From an uncultured Christensenellaceae bacterium (GTDB lineage: Bacteria; Bacillota; Clostridia; Christensenellales; UBA3700), in the NCBI GenBank assembly GCA_963931165.1, contig OZ006985.1:655900-719899 (forward strand): a DNA stretch of 64,000 nucleotides, given 5' to 3'. The notes under the pieces are model-generated. The model ran no database searches, was not told where the DNA came from, and was given only the letters and a program-made list of their open reading frames with translations. How positions within the stretch are numbered: position 1 is the stretch's first letter; the number at the start of each line of letters is the position of its first letter. Made by a program: the position numbers and the translations under genes. Shown here one piece after another: positions 42,550 to 52,088 of this stretch.

Positions 42550-43320
42550 ATGGGAGACAAACTCAAGCTGTACGGCTTCAACAACCTGACCAAATCGCTC
42601 AGCTTCAACATCTACGATGTCTGCTACGCCAAGACCGCGCGCGAACAGCGCGATTACATCGCATACATTGACGGGCAGTACAACTCGGAGAGGCTGACCA
42701 ACATCTTGACGACGCTGACCGACATGATCGGCGCCAAGGTGCTCAACATCGCCAGCCAGGACTACGAGCCGCAGGGCGCGTCCGTCGCGGTGCTCATCGC
42801 CGAGGACAGTATGATCCCGGCGGGGGAGACCCAGCTTGCGCATTTGGACAAGAGCCACGTCACCGTGCACACCTATCCGGAGTTTCATCCCGAGACCTCG
42901 CTCGCGACCTTCCGCGTCGACATCGACGTCGCGACCTGCGGCGAGATCACCCCTCTGTCCACTCTCGACTATTTGATCGATTCCTTTGATTCTGACATCA
43001 TTTCGCTCGACTACCGCGTGCGCGGTTTCACGCGCGACGTCAACGGGCAAAAGCTGTTCATGGATCACGACGTCAAGTCCATACAGGACTACATCGCGCC
43101 CGAGACACTGCGTCGCTACGACGCGGTCGACATCAACGTATATGAGGCGAACATCTACCACACAAAGATGATGGTCAAGGACATCGACCTTCAAAACTAC
43201 CTGTTCAAGACGGACGTCTATGAACTTCCGCCGCGCACGCGGCTCGAGATCATGGACAATCTGCGCCGCGAGATGATCGAGATCTTCAGCGGACGCAACG
43301 TCTTTTCCGCCCGCAAATGA
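42550..43320 (+). CDS. speD: S-adenosylmethionine decarboxylase proenzyme (E. coli SpeD type)
   Basis: [20 protein letters not shown] and the processing-site region [15 protein letters not shown]. Confidence 0.9.
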   Translation: MGDKLKLYGFNNLTKSLSFNIYDVCYAKTAREQRDYIAYIDGQYNSERLTNILTTLTDMIGAKVLNIASQDYEPQGASVAVLIAEDSMIPAGETQLAHLDKSHVTVHTYPEFHPETSLATFRVDIDVATCGEITPLSTLDYLIDSFDSDIISLDYRVRGFTRDVNGQKLFMDHDVKSIQDYIAPETLRRYDAVDINVYEANIYHTKMMVKDIDLQNYLFKTDVYELPPRTRLEIMDNLRREMIEIFSGRNVFSARK

Positions 43321-44771
43321 AAAAGCTGTCGCAGACGAGCGCACCCATCTATGAAGCCCTTCAAGAGATGAAGAGCATGCGTCTCGTGCCCTTTGACGTA
43401 CCGGGGCACAAGCGCGGCAGAGGCAATCCCGAATTGACCGAGCTTCTCGGGCAAAAGTGCGTGTCGCTCGACGTCAACTCGATGAAGTGTCTGGACAACC
43501 TCTGTCACCCGGTCTCGGTGATCAGGGACGCGGAACAGCTCGCCGCCGAGGCGTTCGGCGCGCACGGCGCGTTCCTCATGGTCGGAGGGACGACGTCGGC
43601 GGTGCAGACGATGATCTTGACGGTGACCAAGCGCGGCGAAAAGATCATCTTGCCGCGCAACGTCCACCGCAGCGTTATGACCGCGATGGTCCTCAACGGC
43701 GCGGTGCCCGTCTATGTCGACCCCGAGACGGACGACAGGCTGGGGATCTCGCTCGGCATGAGCGTGGACGCGGTCAAGAGGGCGATCGCCGCCAATCCCG
43801 ACGCAAAGGCGGTGCTCGTCAACAATCCCACCTATTACGGCATTTGCAGCGATCTGCGTACGATCGTGTCGCTCGCGCACGCCGCCGGCATGCTATGCAT
43901 CGTCGACGAGGCGCACGGCACTCATTTTTATTTCGGCAAGGACATGCCCGTCTCGGCTATGGCGGCGGGCGCGGACATGGCGGCTGTGTCCATGCACAAG
44001 TCGGGCGGCTCGCTCACGCAGAGCTCGCTGCTTCTGACCGGACCCGCAATGCAGGACGGCTACGTCCGCCAGGTGATCAACCTCACGCAGACGACCAGCG
44101 CGTCCTATCTCTTGCTGTCCTCGCTCGACATCTCGCGCCGCAATCTCGCGCTCAGGGGAGAGCGGGCGTTCGGCGAGGTGATGCGCATGGCGCGCTACGC
44201 CCGCGACGAGATCAACGACATCGGCGATTACTACGCGTACGGCAAAGAGCTTGTCAACGGCGACACCGTGTTCGACTTTGACGAGACAAAGCTGTCCGTC
44301 AACACCCTCGACATAGGGCTTGCCGGCATAGAGGTCTACGACCTGCTGCGCGACGAGTACGACATCCAGATCGAGTTCGGCGACCTCGGCAACATCCTCG
44401 CCTATCTGTCCATCGGCGACAGGGAGAGGGACATCGAGCGGCTTGTCAGCGCGCTCGCGGAGATACGCCGATTGTACAAAAAGTCAAAGGCGGGCTTGAT
44501 GAAGCACGAATACATCGAGCCCATCGTCGAGATGAGTCCGCAGGATGCGTTCTATGCGGACAAAGAGGAGATGCTTCCCATCGAAAAGACGGAGGGAAGG
44601 ATATGCAGCGAGTTCGTGATGTGCTATCCGCCCGGCATCCCCATCCTCGCGCCCGGCGAGCGCATCACGCGCCGCATACTCGACTACATCGCCTACGCCA
44701 AGGAGAAGGGCTGCCAGATGACGGGGCCCGAAGATCCGGCGATCGAGAAGCTCAACGTCGTGGAGGAATGA
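43317..44771 (+). CDS. PLP-dependent Orn/Lys/Arg decarboxylase (probable arginine decarboxylase, B. subtilis SpeA type)
   Basis: [12 protein letters not shown] and the PLP-lysine motif [19 protein letters not shown] overlap with speD. Confidence 0.8.
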   Translation: MKKLSQTSAPIYEALQEMKSMRLVPFDVPGHKRGRGNPELTELLGQKCVSLDVNSMKCLDNLCHPVSVIRDAEQLAAEAFGAHGAFLMVGGTTSAVQTMILTVTKRGEKIILPRNVHRSVMTAMVLNGAVPVYVDPETDDRLGISLGMSVDAVKRAIAANPDAKAVLVNNPTYYGICSDLRTIVSLAHAAGMLCIVDEAHGTHFYFGKDMPVSAMAAGADMAAVSMHKSGGSLTQSSLLLTGPAMQDGYVRQVINLTQTTSASYLLLSSLDISRRNLALRGERAFGEVMRMARYARDEINDIGDYYAYGKELVNGDTVFDFDETKLSVNTLDIGLAGIEVYDLLRDEYDIQIEFGDLGNILAYLSIGDRERDIERLVSALAEIRRLYKKSKAGLMKHEYIEPIVEMSPQDAFYADKEEMLPIEKTEGRICSEFVMCYPPGIPILAPGERITRRILDYIAYAKEKGCQMTGPEDPAIEKLNVVEE

Positions 44772-44774
44772 GCA

Positions 44775-45635
44775 ATGGATTATTGGTTTTCGGAATTGCA
44801 CACCAAGGACGTCAAGCTGTCCATCCGCGTGGACAGGCAGCTTTACAGCGGGCACAGCGACTTTCAGCGCATAGACGTGTTCGACAGCCCCGAGTTCGGG
44901 CGCTTCCTCGTGCTCGACGGCTACATGATGCTCACTCAAAAGGACGAGTTCATCTATCACGAGATGATCGTGCACCCGGCGATGGCGGTGCATCCGCGCG
45001 TCAGGAGAGTGCTGGTGATAGGCGGCGGCGACGGCGGAGCGGTGCGCGAGCTTTGCCGCTACGACGACGTCGAGCACATCGACCTTGTCGAGATAGACAA
45101 ACAGGTCGTCGACGTCAGCCGCGAGTTTTTCCCCGAGGTCACCTGTTCGCTCGACGATCCGCGCGTGACGATACACTACCGCGACGGCTTGCGCTTCGTC
45201 AGAGGCTGCAAGGACGAATACGACCTCATAATCGTCGACAGCACCGACCCGTTCGGACCGGGCGAAGGGCTGTTCACGCGCGAGTTTTACGGCAATTGCT
45301 GCAAGGCTTTGCACGAGGACGGCATCATGATCAATCAGCACGAAAGCCCGTTCTACGACGAGGACGCTCTCGCCTGCCAGCGCGCACACAAGAGGATAGT
45401 GGAGTCCTTCCCGGCGGCGAAGGTCTATCAGGCGCACATCCCGACCTATCCGTCCGGGCATTGGCTGTTCGGTTTCGCTTCCAAGAAGTATCATCCGCTG
45501 CGCGATCTCAACGAGCGCAGATGGAACATGCGCGGGCTCAAGTGCCGCTACTACACGACGACGCTGCACAAGGGCGCGTTCTACATCCCGGCATATGTGG
45601 AGGAACTTTTGAAAAATGTTGAGCAGACAGATTGA
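44775..45635 (+). CDS. speE: Spermidine synthase (aminopropyltransferase)
   Basis: Motifs are RVLVIGGGDGGAVRE and LIIVDSTDPFGPGEGLF. Confidence 0.9.
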   Translation: MDYWFSELHTKDVKLSIRVDRQLYSGHSDFQRIDVFDSPEFGRFLVLDGYMMLTQKDEFIYHEMIVHPAMAVHPRVRRVLVIGGGDGGAVRELCRYDDVEHIDLVEIDKQVVDVSREFFPEVTCSLDDPRVTIHYRDGLRFVRGCKDEYDLIIVDSTDPFGPGEGLFTREFYGNCCKALHEDGIMINQHESPFYDEDALACQRAHKRIVESFPAAKVYQAHIPTYPSGHWLFGFASKKYHPLRDLNERRWNMRGLKCRYYTTTLHKGAFYIPAYVEELLKNVEQTD

Positions 45636-46479
45636 CGCATTCATGGGCTGCGACCGTCCGTTCGAAGAGGCGGACATCGTGATGTTCGGCGCGCCGTTCG
45701 ACGGCACGACTTCCTTCCGCCCCGGGACGAGGTCGGGACCTCGGGCGATACGCGTCGACTCGATCGGGCTTGAAGAGTACAGCCCCTATCTCGACGCGGA
45801 GCTGTCCGAAGTCGCCGTCTGCGACGCCGGCGATCTCGAGCTTGCGATAGGCGACTCTCAGCTTGTGCTCGCCGCGATAGAGGAGGCTGCGGCGGACATA
45901 TTTGCGGCGGGCAAGGTCCCGTTCATGCTGGGCGGCGAACATCTCGTCACGCTCGGCGCGGTCAGGGCGGCGGTGCGCAAATACCCCGATCTGCACATCG
46001 TCCACTTCGACGCTCACGCCGACCTTCGGGACGACTATCTCGGGGTGAAATTTTCGCACGCGTGTGTGTTAAGGCGGTGTTGGGAGCTTGTCGGCAAGGG
46101 CAGGATACACCAATTCGGCATACGTTCGGGCGACAGGTCGGAGTTTGTCTTCGCCGCGTCCGAGACGGACATGCACAAGTTCGACTTCGACGGGTTGGAG
46201 GGGGTCGTACAAGACCTCGCCGGCAAGCCCGTCTACTTTACGCTCGACCTCGACGTGCTCGATCCGTCGGTGTTCCCCGGGACGGGGACGCCCGAACCTG
46301 GCGGAGTGTCTTTTGACAAATTGCGCCGCGCGGCGACTTTTGTCGCGAGAAGGTGCAACGTGATAGGGCTGGACGTCAACGAGCTCAGCCCCCACTACGA
46401 CGCGAGCGGCGCTTCTACCGCCGCGGCATGTAAGATCGTGCGCGAATTGTTGATCGCGCTCGGGATAAAGGAGAAGTGA
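45616..46479 (+). CDS. speB: Agmatinase
   Basis: Ureohydrolase Mn-binding motifs GGEHLVT, HFDAHADLRD and LDLDVLDPSVFPGTGTPEPGG. The start is either 45616 or 45643. Confidence 0.88.
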   Translation: MLSRQIDAFMGCDRPFEEADIVMFGAPFDGTTSFRPGTRSGPRAIRVDSIGLEEYSPYLDAELSEVAVCDAGDLELAIGDSQLVLAAIEEAAADIFAAGKVPFMLGGEHLVTLGAVRAAVRKYPDLHIVHFDAHADLRDDYLGVKFSHACVLRRCWELVGKGRIHQFGIRSGDRSEFVFAASETDMHKFDFDGLEGVVQDLAGKPVYFTLDLDVLDPSVFPGTGTPEPGGVSFDKLRRAATFVARRCNVIGLDVNELSPHYDASGASTAAACKIVRELLIALGIKEK

Positions 46480-46480
46480 A

Positions 46481-47740
46481 ATGGCAAAAGTTTTGATCAT
46501 CGGCTGCGGCGGGGTCGCTTCCGTCGCGATCCGCAAGTGCTGCATGAACAGCGACGTGTTCGGCGAGATAGTCATCGCCAGCCGCACCAAGTCCAAGTGC
46601 GACGACTTGGCGGCAAAACTCGCGGGCAAGACCGCGACGAAGATATCCACCGCCGAGGTGGACGCGGACGACTTTGACGCGCTCGTCTCTCTCATCCGCG
46701 AGGTCAAGCCCGACCTCGTGATGAACATCGCTCTTCCCTATCAGGACCTGACGATCATGGACGCCTGTCTCGAATGCGGCGTCGACTATATGGACACCGC
46801 CAACTACGAGCCCGAAAATCTCGACGATCCCGTCTGGAAGGCGAGGTACGAGAAGAGGTGCAAAGAGCAGGGCTTCACCGCGCTGTTCGACTACTCGTGG
46901 CAGTGGGACTACAAGGAGAAGTTCGAGAAGGCGGGCTTGACCGCGCTGCTCGGTTCGGGCTTCGACCCGGGCGTGACGCAGGTGTTCTGCGCGTACGCTC
47001 AAAAGCATCTGTTCGACACGATCGAGACCATCGACATCCTCGACTGCAACGGCGGCGACCACGGCTATCCGTTCGCGACCAACTTCAATCCCGAGATCAA
47101 TCTGCGCGAAGTTTCCGCGCCGGGATCGTATTGGGAGGACGGCAAGTGGGTCGAGATCCCGCCGATGAGCATAAAGCGCCAATACGACTTTGACGGCGTC
47201 GGAGTCAAGGACATGTATCTGCTCCATCACGAAGAGATAGAGTCGCTCGCCAAGAACATCAAGGGAGTCAAGCGCATCCGCTTCTTCATGACGTTCGGGC
47301 AGAGCTATCTGACGCACATGAAGTGTTTGGAGAACGTCGGCATGCTGTCCACTTCGCCGATAATGTACGAGGGCAGGGAGATCGTGCCGATACAGTTCCT
47401 CAAAGCGCTGCTGCCCGATCCGGCGTCGCTCGGTCCGCGCACCAAGGGCAAGACCAACATCGGCTGCATATTCACCGGCGTCAAGGACGGCAAGCGCAAG
47501 ACCGCCTACATCTACAACGTCTGCGACCATCAGGAGTGTTACAGGGAGGTCGAGTCTCAGGCGATCTCCTACACGACTGGCGTGCCGGCGATGATAGGCG
47601 CCAAGATGCTGCTGACGGGCAAGTGGGACAGGGACGGCGTGTTCACATGCGAGGAGTTCGACCCCGATCCGTACATGGACGAGCTGAACAAGAACGGCTT
47701 GCCGTGGCAGGTGGAAGAGCACCCCGACTTGGTGGAGTGA
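46481..47740 (+). CDS. Saccharopine-dehydrogenase-family enzyme; carboxy(nor)spermidine dehydrogenase
   Basis: Rossmann motif KVLIIGCGGVASVAIRK. Size is ~419 aa. It is adjacent to the decarboxylase partner. Confidence 0.8.
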   Translation: MAKVLIIGCGGVASVAIRKCCMNSDVFGEIVIASRTKSKCDDLAAKLAGKTATKISTAEVDADDFDALVSLIREVKPDLVMNIALPYQDLTIMDACLECGVDYMDTANYEPENLDDPVWKARYEKRCKEQGFTALFDYSWQWDYKEKFEKAGLTALLGSGFDPGVTQVFCAYAQKHLFDTIETIDILDCNGGDHGYPFATNFNPEINLREVSAPGSYWEDGKWVEIPPMSIKRQYDFDGVGVKDMYLLHHEEIESLAKNIKGVKRIRFFMTFGQSYLTHMKCLENVGMLSTSPIMYEGREIVPIQFLKALLPDPASLGPRTKGKTNIGCIFTGVKDGKRKTAYIYNVCDHQECYREVESQAISYTTGVPAMIGAKMLLTGKWDRDGVFTCEEFDPDPYMDELNKNGLPWQVEEHPDLVE

Positions 47741-48849
47741 TGCGCACGCCCTATTTCGAGATAGACGAGGCGGCGCTCATCCGCAACTTGGAGATATTGA
47801 GCGGAGTACGCGAGGCGGCGGGCTGCAAGATTTTGCTCGCCCAAAAGGCGTACTCCGCTTTTTGCACCTATCCGCTGATAGCGCGCTACTTGGACGGCAC
47901 GACCGCGAGCGGGCTTTACGAAGCGCGCCTCGGCAAGACGCGTTTCGGCGGCGAGACGCACGTCTTTTCGCCTGCCTACAACGATGAAGAGTGGGACGAA
48001 TTGATGGAGTATGTCGATCACATAATATTCAATTCACCGACACAGGCACGAAAATTTTTGCCGCGAGCAAAGGCGGCTGGCAAGCAGGTCGGGTTGCGGC
48101 TCAACCCCCAATTTTCCACCCAAAGAGGGCACGGCATCTACGACCCGTGCGGCGACTTTTCGCGGCTGGGGACGACGGCGGACGAGCTGCCCGAAGACGT
48201 CGCCGAGATGTTGGACGGCGTGCACATGCACACCCTCTGCGAGCAAAATTCGGACGATCTCGCATCGACGGTGGACGCGCTCGAGGCGAGGTTCGGCGGC
48301 TTGCTCAAAAGGTGCAAGTGGATCAATTTGGGTGGGGGTCACCACATCACGCGCAAGGACTACGACCGCGACAGGCTGGTCAGGGTCGTCAAGCGGCTTC
48401 AAGACAAGTACGGCGCAGAAGTCTACTTGGAGCCGGGCGAGGCGGTCGTGCTCAACGCGGGGGCGTTGGTCTGCCGCGTAGAGGACATCGTGCGCAACGG
48501 CATGGACATCGCGATCGTCGACGCGTCGGCGGCGTGTCATATGCCCGACGTGTTGGAGATGCCCTATCGTCCGCCTCTCGAGGGGAGCGGAGAGCCGGGG
48601 AAGAAGGCGCACACCTATCGCCTGGGCGGACCGACATGCCTTGCCGGCGACGTGATCGGCGACTACTCTTTCGACGCGCCGCTCGCGGTCGGGGACAGGC
48701 TCAGGTTCCTCGACATGGCGCTCTACACGATGGTCAAGACGAACACGTTCAACGGCATGCGTCTGCCGTCGATATGCGTGCGTCACGCCGACGGCACGCT
48801 CGAGACGGTGAGGGAATTCGGCTACGACGAGTTCGAGCGCAGGCTTTGA
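47740..48849 (+). CDS. nspC: Carboxy(nor)spermidine decarboxylase
   Basis: TGATG overlap with the previous gene. Alanine-racemase-fold decarboxylase motifs are WINLGGGHHITR and YRLGGPTCLAGDVIG. Confidence 0.8.
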   Translation: MRTPYFEIDEAALIRNLEILSGVREAAGCKILLAQKAYSAFCTYPLIARYLDGTTASGLYEARLGKTRFGGETHVFSPAYNDEEWDELMEYVDHIIFNSPTQARKFLPRAKAAGKQVGLRLNPQFSTQRGHGIYDPCGDFSRLGTTADELPEDVAEMLDGVHMHTLCEQNSDDLASTVDALEARFGGLLKRCKWINLGGGHHITRKDYDRDRLVRVVKRLQDKYGAEVYLEPGEAVVLNAGALVCRVEDIVRNGMDIAIVDASAACHMPDVLEMPYRPPLEGSGEPGKKAHTYRLGGPTCLAGDVIGDYSFDAPLAVGDRLRFLDMALYTMVKTNTFNGMRLPSICVRHADGTLETVREFGYDEFERRL

Positions 48850-48868
48850 GCGATGTACGCGCATTCGG

Positions 48869-48897
48869 TTGACGGGTGCGCGCATATGATATATAAT
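48869..48897 (+). promoter_or_regulatory. Sigma-A promoter of the SPFH / zinc-ribbon pair
   Basis: TTGACG-N17-TATAAT. Confidence 0.55.
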
Positions 48898-48927
48898 CGA
48901 GGTAACAAACGTTAGGAGGACGCAATA

Positions 48928-50046
48928 ATGGGTCTTTTCGATTTTTTGAGAAAGCAATATCGCAAGGTCATACAATGGGAGAATGACAATCCTCAATCCA
49001 TTGTGTGGAAATATCCTTTGGAGCGCAAAGAGGAGATCATGCGCAATTCCGTGCTGGTCGTCCGCGAGGGGCAAAAGGCGATGTTCATCCAAGAGGGCAA
49101 ACTTGCCGACGTGTTCGGACCGGGCACCTACAAGCTCGAGGATCTCAAGAACATCCCGCTTTTGACCGCGCTCTACAATTGGAAATACTTCTGGGAGACG
49201 CCGTACACGGGCGACATCTACTTCATCTCGACCAAGCAATTCATCGACAACAAGTGGGGTACGTCCAACCCGGTGATGATGCGCGACAAGGAGTTCGGCA
49301 TGGTCAGGGTCAGAGGTTTCGGCGTCTATTCCTTCTCGGTCGGCACGCCTACGGCGGCGATGAACGAGTTGTTCGGTTCTATGGGCGAGCTGACGGTCAA
49401 GGACGTCGACGACTACTTCAAGAAGATCATCGTGTCCGAGCTGTCCACCGCGATCGCGGAGTCGGGCATCCCGGCGATCGATCTTGCGATGCACTATGAC
49501 GAGCTGTCCGACATCACCCGCCAGAAGATGGCGGAAGACTTCGCCAAGATAGGCATCGAGATCGACGCGTTGTACATCGAGAACATCTCGCTGCCCGAAG
49601 AGGTCGAGAAGATGATGGACAAGCGCACGTCCGTCGGCGTGATGGGCGGCGCGATGCAGGGCTATGCGCAGATGCAGGCGGTCGAGGCGATGCGCGACGC
49701 GGCAAAGAATCCGGGCGGACTCGCAGGCGCGGGCGTCGGAGTCGGAGCGGGCTTGGGCATCGGCAAGATGTTCGCCGACAACATGTCGGGCATAGGTGAG
49801 GACGACGGCAAGGCGACCTGTCCGCATTGCGGAGCCAAGGTCAAGAAGAGCGCGAAGTTCTGCCCCGAGTGCGGCAAGCCGATGGTCGAGACCGTCGAGT
49901 GTCCGGGCTGCCACAAGCAGGTCAAAAAGGGTGCGAAGTTCTGCCCCGAGTGCGGCGCGTCTTTGGTCGCCAAGTGCCCCAAGTGCGGTAAAGAGGTCAA
50001 GCCGGGCGCCAAGTTTTGTCCCGAATGCGGAGAGAAGCTGTCATGA
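48928..50046 (+). CDS. SPFH (band-7/flotillin-like, YdjI-like) domain protein with three C-terminal zinc-ribbon repeats
   Basis: SD is AGGAGG. The body is SPFH-like. The C-terminal repeats are CPHCGAKVKKSAKFCPECG, CPGCHKQVKKGAKFCPECG and CPKCGKEVKPGAKFCPECG. Confidence 0.75.
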   Translation: MGLFDFLRKQYRKVIQWENDNPQSIVWKYPLERKEEIMRNSVLVVREGQKAMFIQEGKLADVFGPGTYKLEDLKNIPLLTALYNWKYFWETPYTGDIYFISTKQFIDNKWGTSNPVMMRDKEFGMVRVRGFGVYSFSVGTPTAAMNELFGSMGELTVKDVDDYFKKIIVSELSTAIAESGIPAIDLAMHYDELSDITRQKMAEDFAKIGIEIDALYIENISLPEEVEKMMDKRTSVGVMGGAMQGYAQMQAVEAMRDAAKNPGGLAGAGVGVGAGLGIGKMFADNMSGIGEDDGKATCPHCGAKVKKSAKFCPECGKPMVETVECPGCHKQVKKGAKFCPECGASLVAKCPKCGKEVKPGAKFCPECGEKLS

Positions 50047-51161
50047 GCGAAGAAAGAGTGCCTCTTTCGCAGGTGGACGGGGCGCAGACGCCGCAGGAGC
50101 CGAAAAAGGTGACCTCGGAGACGTACAAGTGTCCTTCGTGCGGCAACTTCCTCAAATTCGACCCGGCGACGCAAAAGCTCAAATGCGCATATTGCGGCAC
50201 CGAGCGCGACATCGCCGCCAAGCCCGCACAGGAACTTGTCTATACGACGCTTTCCGAGGCGAATTACGAGGCGTGGGGCGGCACCAAGGCGTACAAATGT
50301 CCGTCGTGCGGCGCGGTGTCCGTGCTCGAAGAATACGAGACGGCGGATGTCTGTCCGTTTTGCGGCGCGCCCAACATCATAGAGCGCGACGAGCTTCCCG
50401 GGCTCAAACCCAACGCGGTGCTGCCGTTCACGGTGCCCGAAGAGGAGGCGAAGGGCTTTTGGCGCAAGTGGCTCAAAAAGAAGTGGCTCGCGCCGCGAAA
50501 GCTCAAAAAAGAGGCGCGGATGCAAAAGATGCGCGGCGTCTACATCCCGGTGTGGACGTTCGACAGCCACGTCGACGCGATGTACGAGGCGAGGCTGGGC
50601 GAGACATACACGGTCATCGTCGGCACGGGCAAGAACAGGCGCACCGAGACGCGCGTCAGGTGGTTCCACGTCAGCGGCGTCATCAATCAGGATTACGACG
50701 ACATACAGGTCGAGGCGAGCAAGCACATCGACGGCAAGGCGTTGGGCAAGCTGGGCGGTTTCGACACCGTCAATGCGCTCGCCTATGACGACGACTTCAT
50801 GTCGGGCTATTCGGCGGAAAGATATTCCGAGGGGCTCGACGACTGCTGGGACACCGCGCAGGGCATCATCATCGACGACCTCAGGGCGAGGGTCAAGGCG
50901 CGCTATCCGCGTGCGGACAGGGTGGACTACATCAACATCAGCCCCGTCTATTCGGGCACGACCTACAAATATGTCTGCGCGCCCCTTTGGATCAGCAGCT
51001 ACCGCTACCGCAAAAAGGATTACGGCTGCGTGGTCAACGGCAGGACGGGCAGGGCATACGGCAAGGCGCCTGTGTCGCCGGTCAAGGCGACGCTGCTCGG
51101 CTTGGCGATCGCGGCGGCGGTCGCGGGGATAGCCTATCTCTTCGTCACATATTTGCTGTAA
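50043..51161 (+). CDS. Double zinc-ribbon protein with a C-terminal TM anchor (YdjG-like)
   Basis: ATGA overlap with the previous gene. Zinc ribbons are YKCPSCGNFLKFDPATQKLKCAYCG and YKCPSCGAVSVLEEYETADVCPFCG. The C-terminal TM helix is ATLLGLAIAAAVAGIAYLFVTYLL. Confidence 0.7.
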   Translation: MSEERVPLSQVDGAQTPQEPKKVTSETYKCPSCGNFLKFDPATQKLKCAYCGTERDIAAKPAQELVYTTLSEANYEAWGGTKAYKCPSCGAVSVLEEYETADVCPFCGAPNIIERDELPGLKPNAVLPFTVPEEEAKGFWRKWLKKKWLAPRKLKKEARMQKMRGVYIPVWTFDSHVDAMYEARLGETYTVIVGTGKNRRTETRVRWFHVSGVINQDYDDIQVEASKHIDGKALGKLGGFDTVNALAYDDDFMSGYSAERYSEGLDDCWDTAQGIIIDDLRARVKARYPRADRVDYINISPVYSGTTYKYVCAPLWISSYRYRKKDYGCVVNGRTGRAYGKAPVSPVKATLLGLAIAAAVAGIAYLFVTYLL

Positions 51162-51254
51162 AAACGCTTGCCCAAAGCCGAGGGCTGTGCTATAATGACA
51201 ACAATCCCCACCAAAAAGGTATGAATTGAGTGCGGGATACGGAGGTAACACACT

Positions 51255-51458
51255 ATGAAGATAACAAAGGATATGTTGATCGCGGACGCGCTCAAATGCG
51301 GCAACGCCGAAGAGATCGCCAACGTGCTTTTCAGTGTAGGTATGCATTGTCTGGGGTGCGCGCTTGCGCACAACGAGACCGTCGAAGACGCGGCGGCGGT
51401 ACACGGCGTCGACGTAGACGCGCTTGTGGACAAACTGAACGAAGCGGCGGAGCGTTGA
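51255..51458 (+). CDS. DUF1858-like small protein
   Basis: SD is GGAGG. It is 67 aa, with a GMHCLGCALAHNETVEDAA motif. Confidence 0.65.
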   Translation: MKITKDMLIADALKCGNAEEIANVLFSVGMHCLGCALAHNETVEDAAAVHGVDVDALVDKLNEAAER

Positions 51459-51491
51459 GCCGGTCGTTTCTACGGTCATATCGATCGAACG

Positions 51492-51514
51492 GCGCGCCGG
51501 AAGGCGCGCTTTTT
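51492..51514 (+). terminator. Rho-independent terminator
   Basis: GCGCGCC-GGAA-GGCGCGC hairpin followed by TTTTT. Confidence 0.85.
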
Positions 51515-51569
51515 CGTTTCGTTTTACGCGCGGCGAGAGGAATTTTTTAGAAAAATTTTGTAAAACCCG

Positions 51570-51598
51570 TTGACAAGCGGTCAAGATGGGAATATAAT
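51570..51598 (+). promoter_or_regulatory. Consensus sigma-A promoter of the ArsR-family gene
   Basis: TTGACA-N17-TATAAT. Confidence 0.6.
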
Positions 51599-51602
51599 AT
51601 GA

Positions 51603-51626
51603 TTGAACATTTGAAGAAGTGTTCAA
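51603..51626. promoter_or_regulatory. ArsR/SmtB-type operator candidate TTGAACA-N10-TGTTCAA at +1
   Basis: Perfect 7-bp inverted arms directly after the -10. Confidence 0.5.
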
Positions 51627-51636
51627 GTGAGATAAT

Positions 51637-51969
51637 ATGGAAAAGGAACTCGACATAATCGAAAAGGTGAAGAGAGCGCTGCCGTCCGACGACGTGTTGT
51701 ACGACTTGGCGGATCTGTTCAAGATGTTCGGCGATTCGACTCGCGCGAAGATCCTCGGCTGTTTGGGGCAGGCGGACTTGTGCGTCGGCGAGATCGCGGA
51801 GATCTTGGGCATGACGGTGTCGGCGGTGTCGCACCAATTGCGGATATTGCGCGGAGCCAAGCTGGTCAAGGGGGCCAAGGCGGGCAAAGAGGTCAAATAT
51901 TCGCTGGACGACGACCACGTCGTCAAGATCATGGAATACGGGCTCACGCACATCAACGAGGGCAAGTGA
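51637..51969 (+). CDS. ArsR/SmtB-family metalloregulator
   Basis: The HTH is DLCVGEIAEILGMTVSAVSHQLRIL. Size is 110 aa. Confidence 0.88.
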   Translation: MEKELDIIEKVKRALPSDDVLYDLADLFKMFGDSTRAKILGCLGQADLCVGEIAEILGMTVSAVSHQLRILRGAKLVKGAKAGKEVKYSLDDDHVVKIMEYGLTHINEGK

Positions 51970-52005
51970 GAGCGGGCAAAAAGCCCGTTTTCAAACGACT
52001 CAAAC

Positions 52006-52037
52006 TTGAACATTTGCTCAACCGTCCAAGTGTTCAA
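52006..52037. promoter_or_regulatory. Second copy of the TTGAACA / TGTTCAA dyad (N18 spacing)
   Basis: It shares TTGAACATTTG and AAGTGTTCAAG with the first site. It lies upstream of the HMA and ATPase genes. Confidence 0.4.
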
Positions 52038-52088
52038 GCAAAGACAGGAAATAATTTGAATATGCCGCAACAGCGGCGGGAGGACTAT

